Assembly: GCA_964016885.1 (NCBI GenBank)
Contig: OZ024742.1
Location: forward strand, 365,180,001-365,244,000
Direction of reading: 5' to 3'
DNA: 64,000 nucleotides
Source of the DNA: Eledone cirrhosa
Taxonomy: Eukaryota
The translations under genes and the position numbers were made by a program. Below, piece by piece: positions 55,446 to 64,000 of this stretch; position 1 is the stretch's first letter; every line of letters starts with the position of its first letter. The notes under the pieces were generated by a model. That model was not told the DNA's origin, ran no database searches, and was given only the letters and a program-made list of their open reading frames with translations.

Positions 55446-57279
55446 ATACAAGGCAGGGTTCAACGCGAGGTTATGGTAAATGATAGTTGTCCAAAATGGC
55501 GTGTAGGTAGATGAACTGTGGGACAAAGTTATAAAGTGAACCGCTTTAACCTTTCAACCATGCTATGTCCAGCGTAAGATTTACAACAATATTGGCCTGT
55601 ATTGATTTGGTTTTTAGTTTATATCATTAGTATGCTATTCTTAGATTTTTTTTCAATGTGGATTCAAAAAGGAAGTTACAAAAGACCTTTCGAAAAGTTT
55701 CTCTTAGAACTAAAGTTATCTGAACACAAATTGACTAGAAATAACTATTTATTCGCACCACAAATATTGTAGACAGTCAAACTGGTATTAGTTCGATTAT
55801 GTTTGTATTGAATATTAATTAAAACGCCTATATTTTGATACTATCGATCTTAGTTATTTTTAGTGTAATAGTTATTTTAAAGCTAGTGTTGGCTAATTGG
55901 GTAGAGTTTTGGACTTCTACAGAAATGGTCAACGTTCGTACCTTCCGGTATGCTTTCTTAATCTTTTATGAAATATTAATGCCCCAAAGAAAATAAGATA
56001 AATATAAATTGCTATTAAAAATAAATGGAGCCATAAGGACACCGCCATGACACAGGGCTATATTATAGGGGTTTTAACCTGGTGGAGGGCATCTATTACT
56101 TCAGCTTGTAACTCAGCCAATGTCATCCAGATTAAACCATAGTCCTGAACTGGTACTTTATATATTGACATGAAAGTATGAAAGACAGAGCATCTGCAGG
56201 ATTTGTACTCATATTTCTGTGAGCCGGCACATATGAAGAAGCATTTGGAATACGATGTCTTAACGACTCTGCCATATGTCAAAAGAGGAGATACACTGTT
56301 TATAAGGTTTAGAACATCTCAGAAATTTCAGATTGTTTCTAACATGTTCAGACCTCGCAAAAGTTAAAAGGTTATTGGCAGCTACCATTTTAAGAAAACA
56401 TTATTTTTAAATATTAGAAATTCACAAGCTTAAGGTTGTTCTTAAATGAAATCGATTGAAAATGGACAGAATTACTTGCAATATTTTGATAGCTCAATAT
56501 ACACACGTTATTGAATGACATACCTACCAGTGAAATACGGTGTTACAAATGTGCATACAAAATATTTGTTTACCCCTATGCTAGAAAGATTTATGTTGAC
56601 ATTTGATGTGTGTCGTTACATATCTTTAAATCTCTCATTGGTGATTTCTTCGCTTTTGCCATTCATGGACTCAAAGATTATACCGGAATATGACCCATCG
56701 TGTCAATATTCGAAACCATTATTATAATCCTAATATAATCGCAGAATAAATATAGCGTTGCACAGAATGTTTTGCTGTTTCTAATTATCCCAATTTAATT
56801 CAAGATTTCGTCTGGTCTAGTGATTTATGTTGGACTATGATAAAGTCATGTGTTCAATTATAAGACCGAACGTTGTACTGTGTTCTTAAGCATGATGCTG
56901 CATTCCACTGTGTTTTTCGTGATAATAATGGCATCCTTATTAAACAACAGAAGAAACTCCATTTGAAATGTAACACCGTAGGAGGCCATTGAAACAGGCA
57001 GAGGTGTGAGTTGTAAATCTCATTTAAATTTCATTTCAACGTTGACTTTCCTCTCAGCAGAAATTGAATTAAATACTGACTTAATGTACCCATGTGGTTA
57101 AGGAAATGATATATAAATTAAATGTTGATAAGTTGTAATATATGAGAAATAGAGATTATAAAGAAAGCTTTGAAATTGAAACTTCAAATAATTCGCACAG
57201 TGTGTGTGTGTGTGGTAACCGCATCATAATAAATTACAATCCAGTTTTCCATTATCTTCAGGATATATATGTTTATAAG

Positions 57280-57410
57280 ACGGCGAATTGGCAGATCCTG
57301 TGTTCCTTTACCTTCTCTGCTCTCTGAGTTTTAATCCGGCAGAGGGCAACTTTGCCTTTCCACTATTCTAGGTCGATAAAAAAGTACCAGTCAAGTACTA
57401 GGGTCTTATC
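57280..57410 (+). mobile_element. Degenerate tRNA-derived SINE
   Basis: CTGAGTTTTAATCC..AACTTTGCCTTTC..GGTCGATAAAAAAGTACCAGT. Confidence 0.65.
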
Positions 57411-57760
57411 CTCCTCTACATATCTTTTTCATTTCCATTCCCTCAATCCCAAACCTTCTCTGGAAGAAATCTGCTATATTCAAACCTGGGAAGGGTCTGA
57501 GGTCTGTCAGGTTTTAAATTGCTCTAGAAACGCCGTCTGTAAATACGCGACACCTACAACACCTTCCGGAGTTACGGAGCCATGCATGTATGTATATATG
57601 TTTATATGTGGTGTAACTCTAAGAACCATAAACTACTGAGAAAACATTCTAGGGCTGCTGATAGTGGAAATAGAGGATTACAAATAGATTTATCCAACAT
57701 AGCATATCAAAGCGTGAGAGCGCACACACCCATATATATATGTATATATATATATATATA

Positions 57761-59788
57761 GTATTTACGTATCGAGAAAGAGAAAAAAAGGGGGGATAGT
57801 TATTAGCCAAGTAGCGTATGCCAAAGGTGCTCGATACTAGTGCCAGCAGTATTAAATATTCGAAGTGTTAATATTTAGTGGGCTAGAGAGTTAGCAGAGC
57901 GTAAGCACGTGGGAAAGTAAAAAATCGGAGAATAGACCGTTAAAACATGTTTATTTAAAATATCACCTACGTACGTTTCGCCCAGTTGGGCTTCAAGGGC
58001 ATAAATAATCACAAGTGCTCCTTATATTGCTCGGAAAGAGTTTTGCAGGTTAAATCCACATCAAGGTTCATTGCTCGCAAAAATATCTTGTTTTGATTTT
58101 GCAGCAGGTCAAGGGAGGTAACTCTGGCCGCGGTTAGGGCAGCTTTCCGGACAATTTTTTTTTTTTTTTTTTCGCCGCATCCGTTTGTCTGAGGCTAAGG
58201 CTGGTATGCAAGGATTGTTTCCTGGGTGTTATTTTGCATCGCCTGCCCGCCGGGGTGTTAAGACTTGTTGCAGGGAGATCCAGTGTACTGTTTCACTCTT
58301 CATCCTTAACCCATCTGAAGAAGGATATTTTTAAGCGATGTGTACAACTTATCACTGTTTCAGCTCTGCTGTTGATGAGCTCGTGGGGTGCAGTTATGAT
58401 GTGGTAGAGCTCCATGATGCAAAGATCGCATTTCCTCTTGAAGTTGTACGGTGCAGCCCGGCCGACAATCTCCCAGTGCGTGGCGAAGCTGATGTTTAAG
58501 TCCTTTAGTGATGTGATGTAGTCCGCGAGCGAAGTGGAGTGCCTTAGTTTTCTATTTGTGAAAGAGTGGAGATGTGTTCGAAACCTAATTTTGAACGGAA
58601 CAATATAAAAATATCCTTCTCTATTACTCCCAACCTAGCAGACATCATAGGAACAACAAACCACAGTAAGATCACCAAGACACAGCACCTCGACACAGAC
58701 GCACCTACACCTGACAATAACTATATCGGCCTTAACAACTCCCTGGCAGCATCCAATAGTGTTGGCAACGGCATCCGCAGACGCAACCAGAATAACCGCG
58801 AAATGACTGGGGAACATGCAGAACATGACGTGGTGCGGAATAACAATCGCACCACCCCGCGTGCTGTGGGTTGTAATTGTGCTAACGACAGCTGCGGTAG
58901 CGTAGGTAACAACGTAGGCAGCAACAATGATAGGCTTACCGTGGGAAATAGACGGAACCGCGACAGAAATTGTAACTGCCGCGACAGAGGACGCTGCCCC
59001 CTTAGAGGATATTGCTTGACTGATAAGGTTATATATAGATGCACTATTACTAGCCACAATAGCGTTAAACATTATATAGGGGCCACCTCCGGCCCGTTCA
59101 AAATTAGGTTTCGAACACATCTCCACTCTTTCACAAATAGAAAACTAAGGCACTCCACTTCGCTCGCGGACTACATCACATCACTAAAGGACTTAAACAT
59201 CAGCTTCGCCACGCACTGGGAGATTGTCGGCCGGGCTGCACCGTACAACTTCAAGAGGAAATGCGATCTTTGCATCATGGAGCTCTACCACATCATAACT
59301 GCACCCCACGAGCTCATCAACAGCAGAGCTGAAACAGTGATAAGTTGTACACATCGCTTAAAAATATCCTTCTTCAGATGGGTTAAGGATGAAGAGTGAA
59401 ACAGTACACTGGATCTCCCTGCAACAAGTCTTAACACCCCGGCGGGCAGGCGATGCAAAATAACACCCAGGAAACAATCCTTGCATACCAGACCCAGCCT
59501 CAGACAAACGGATGCGGCAAAAAATAAAAAAAAATAAAATTGTCCGGGAAAGACTGCCCTAACCACGGCCAGAGTTACCTCCCTTGACCTGCTGCAAAAT
59601 CAAAACAAGATATTTTTGTGAGCAATGAACCTTGATGTGGATTTAACCCCAAAAATTCTTTCCGAGCAATATAAGGAGCACTTGTGATTATTTATGCCAT
59701 TGAAGCCCAACTGGGCGAAACGTACGTAGGTGGTGTTTTAAATAAACATGTTTTAACGGTCTATTCTCCGATTTTTTACTTTCCCACG

Positions 59789-59789
<1 letters not shown>
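57761..59789. mobile_element. Head-to-head inverted pair of 5'-truncated PLE copies (family F)
   Basis: 57907-58598 is the reverse complement of 59094-59788; left arm carries an extra ~145-bp tail; degenerate hammerheads at 57972-58008 (-) and 59695-59732 (+) with palindromic stem III ACGTACGT. Confidence 0.9.
58599..59399 (+). pseudogene. PLE C-terminal fragment: RT end, Asn/Arg-rich linker, GIY-YIG endonuclease
   Basis: IKISFS..PNL..II; CNCRDRGRCPLRGYCL; VIYRC..HYIGAT..FKIRF..H; CDLCIME; INSRAE..SCTHR; the ORF-track start at 58566 lies in the inverted arm. Confidence 0.85.
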
Positions 59790-59819
<30 letters not shown>

Positions 59820-59863
59820 AGTAATTCAAACATTTTAAAGTTGGCTTCTTTTATTATAATTCT

Positions 59864-59916
59864 CTGCTATATATATTTCAGTGACAGCTATTATTGGCTG
59901 TGAGCTCATCAGGCAG
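59864..59916 (-). ncRNA. Canonical minimal type I hammerhead (family G)
   Basis: CTGC CTGATGA GCTCACAGCCAATAATAGCTGTCACT GAAA TATATA TA GCAG. Confidence 0.8.
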
Positions 59917-60118
59917 TACGAATTAATGTAGAAAGAACAGGTAAACATGGTGTTGTAATGTGTTCCACTCTGTCAATTCCACGATATGTCCAGCTACAGG
60001 GTGTGCTGTTAGTCCTCAGAGGAACTGGAATCATATCGTACTTCGTCGAGTGCTCCATACTGAGGTGTAGGTAAACAACCAACACATACTCAATATGTAT
60101 ATATATATATAAATGTAT

Positions 60119-60175
<57 letters not shown>

Positions 60176-60609
60176 TGATATTAATAAATGGAAACTATAT
60201 TTATAAAACCATATTTATTCTATTATATATATTTCAAGGCTACCAAACTTTGGTACGCTCTCATCTGATAAAATATAAAGTTTGTTTTATAAATAGTGAC
60301 ATACCCAGGAATCAGACCTTAATGGTTCAAGTTCCGTTTGACTATCCAAACGGAACTTGAACCGTTAAGGGTGAAAGCTGCGATTCCTTGCTTAAACTTT
60401 AATCTGTTATTTTAATAAATATATATATAGAGAGAGAGAGTGAGAGAGTGTGTGTGTATGTGTGTGTGGGTGTGTCTGCGATGTTGAGACCAAGGAGACT
60501 ACTTATTATGGGAGTACTCGATGCATGGGGAGATGTAGAATGGATATAGAGATTCGTAAAACCTGGACCTCGGTTTAGAAACCACCTGGCAACACGGTCG
60601 AGATTTTGC

Positions 60610-60671
<62 letters not shown>

Positions 60672-62202
60672 GTCTTGTGGGGATGTGTACACAATATCAT
60701 AGTTGAAATAAATTGTTATATTAAACTCGATTCAACGTCCCCTAACTCTGGAGTCTCATTCCACTGTCTGATGATACTGTAAACCCAAGCATTAGAGTAA
60801 CAGGATGCTGACTCGACCTTAATCGAACAAGCTGTGTGTCTGTGTGTGTATGTGTCTGTGTGTGTGTGTCTGTGTGTGTCTGTGTGTGTCTGTGTCTGTG
60901 TCTGTGTGTCTGTGCTTGTGTTTGTGTTTGTTTGTTTGTGTGAGTGCGTGTGTGTGTGAGTGTGTGTGTGTATGTGTGTGTGTGTTACAAATAGAAGCAG
61001 ACGAAGAAAAAGAATCCATTGTCATGTTATGCCACGTTGAGGTAATTTGACTTCCAACAATGGAGAACATTGTTTAAAATATGTCGTCTTTACAATTCCT
61101 ATGTTATTTCGTTCAATGCAATATTTTTTAATGTATTCAATCTGTAATTAACAATTTCAATTCAGTTAATTTTTAATAATCAAAATCAGGCATCATTCAA
61201 ATATTTTGAATCGAAAAAATGAAGACAGTAATAATTTTAATTTCTATCAATTGTCATGCTTTTGCCTTCGACAAACTTAACATCCGAGTTCTACTGTTCC
61301 AAAGACCCAGTTATCCTGCTCAAACAGAAGTCTTTTCTTTCTAATACAAACGATTTAAATTGAAATATTTTTCCTCATATTTTGTTTTCTTTTAAATTGA
61401 AGCTTTTAACACAAATATGTCACTAAAAAGAAATGTAAATTACACAACGCCTCTCAATAAACATATGAAACATATTTGATGTTCAAGCTGTATGCCTAAT
61501 AATCTAGTTAGTTGTCACATTATATACACCTGTAAAGTGTACACATAAACATACATGCATTATATACATACACACATTCACAGTATATATATAACAGTGC
61601 CATACCACGTGCGTACGCTTTATTAGCGCGGACGACCAATTCATTCAACCTGTGCCGATGGAACTCTATTTGTAGTAAGAAATCTATGGAAGTGAATAAG
61701 CGACAGAAGACTAAGTTACAATGTTGATAGCTCATCCAACATTTATACAGCATTTATACATCATACAAGTCAGGAAGCTGAGTATAAAGAGATACAAAGT
61801 ATATATCGTCTTTTCTATTTAGTGTGCTCTTTTGAGTTCTGGTGTGTTAGTAAAATACGATACGACAGAAAATTGTACATACAAATGTCATTATCCTAGA
61901 AGTTTCACAATATTCAAATTAAAACTGTGAGCTCCTAGCAGGTTCCTAGATTTCAGTCGTTGTTTATCGTAAAGATTGCTTAAGGCAACATAAAGCTAAC
62001 CTCTCGCTCCAATCCACTCCCATTCTTATAATTAGTAAATTCACTCTCTTCACGTTTGCCAATCAGGCAATCGAGATAAACACATACTTCCACCCAGTTT
62101 CGTTTTAGGTCGGTCTTCGCTCCCTCCCTCTGAATTCACTGTTTGACAGCCACCTCCAGCCATCTCTTTACCACTCTAGCGTAGTAGTGAACAAAAACAG
62201 AA

Positions 62203-62266
<64 letters not shown>

Positions 62267-62456
62267 GGAACGAGTAGGACCCCGACGGCTGAGCTCAAGC
62301 CGTTTCGACGGCTAATTCATGTCCAGAATTAGCCGTCGAAACGGCTTGAGCTCAGCCGTCGGGGTCCTACTCGTTCCTATCACCCACTCTACTACCCTAA
62401 GTATTGAGTACTTTGGTGCGTTATGGTCCATCTGGTTCCTTACCACATTTCCATCG

Positions 62457-62460
<4 letters not shown>
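62267..62460. mobile_element. Fold-back (family D), perfect ~52-bp arms, hammerhead 3' half
   Basis: GAAA CGGC-TTGAGCTCA-GCCG TC GGGGTCC on both strands; ~80-bp tail. Confidence 0.8.
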
Positions 62461-62490
<30 letters not shown>

Positions 62491-62782
62491 GTTTATGTAT
62501 TTGTTTTGTAAGATTATTAATATGAAATGGCGTATTGAAGTAATTGTTATATTTTGTGAAGCTGGTTTTGTCAATGTAATTTCGTCACTCACTGTCACCT
62601 ATTCAATTACGATTTATATTCTCTGTCTCTACTCTTCTTTCTGCTCTAATTCTGTTTGAACCATCTTGTATGTCTGTGGAACGTTTTCGTGTCTGCGTCA
62701 GCGTTTGAATTTGTGTTTGTATATGTGCCTGCCCTAAAGAAATGCACACACACACACACACGCAATATACACACACTCTCTA

Positions 62783-63220
<438 letters not shown>

Positions 63221-64000
63221 TATATACATGTATATATATATAATTTCAGGTTATCAATAATGTAGTGATAATATATCGTTACGTTAGAGATGAACAGCGT
63301 ACGTGTAGGTTTGCTCAACGAGTATAAATTATATTCCGGAGAAAATGTAGAAAAGATGAATATAAAATGAAAGTGCTTTTTTTAAAAAGGAATTTATTAG
63401 GTATTGACATATGTTTCTGTAACAGACGGAATACCTATGTATCGCTGCTTGCGTAATCATTCGATAGCAAATGTATAATCAGTTGTCACTTCTTCAGAGA
63501 TTTTGGATAAATTGGATAAAATCAGAAAAATTGAAGTATTTATATTAGTTGTAATAGAGGAAGAAGAGAGGGGAGAGTATATGACAGATGGTAATTCAAT
63601 TTACAGCTAAACAAGTATATAAAGGGTTTCTAATGAGAATACAATGAGTAAAAGGTTTATTTTATCTAAATAAGAATTTTTGGGAGTGCCTATTTTAATC
63701 TATACTTGAACAGTGGACAGGGCTGGTCATTTGGTGTAGTAGTATTAATTGTAAAGTGTCAATTGAGGAAGGGGGAGATTTCGACTGCTACTGAATAACA
63801 TAATGCTAGTAGCCAGCTGGTATATGCATTAGGGAATTGAATTAAGAAATCAGAAATCTCATTTTATCTATAGCAGTTTATATTAAATGGTAAATAATAG
63901 AAGAGTTGATAGAATTAAGACTAATAGAGAATGTTAATATGTGTTTTGACAATCAAACGGAGATGGAGACAGGCGTTCAATCCTGGTAGTATTTGTAATA

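Noticed and set aside
53795-55870. Diverged ~170-bp dispersed duplicate (53795-53950 vs 55704-55862)
   Set aside because: Real similarity but no termini or motifs; an ordinary old repeat.

Overview
AT-rich, microsatellite-saturated eukaryotic (animal) DNA with no recognisable host protein-coding gene. The SINE families and the (TA)n/(CA)n/(GA)n load suggest a cephalopod such as Octopus (inference). The window is a patchwork of mobile DNA: a full-length but disrupted RTE LINE (11255-14440), a 5'-truncated but uninterrupted Penelope-like element (PLE; RT + GIY-YIG, 17411-~21160, minus), two fragments of a second PLE type (45550-47390, 57761-59789), a Chapaev3-like DNA transposon, a Merlin-like element, CR1 and CRE-type fragments, many tRNA-derived SINEs and several tandem repeats. 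The main signal is non-coding. About 20 complete or near-complete type I hammerhead ribozyme motifs (CUGANGA...GAAA...UH) from at least 8 unrelated sequence families, plus many truncated ones, lie in short fold-back insertions embedded in (TA)n. Each fold-back has one long arm and one short arm. The short arm stops at a family-fixed TA-containing site, which in several families is followed by a conserved ACTC...GAGT hairpin. Most ORFs in the supplied track are microsatellite artefacts. All alignments and folds were done by eye.
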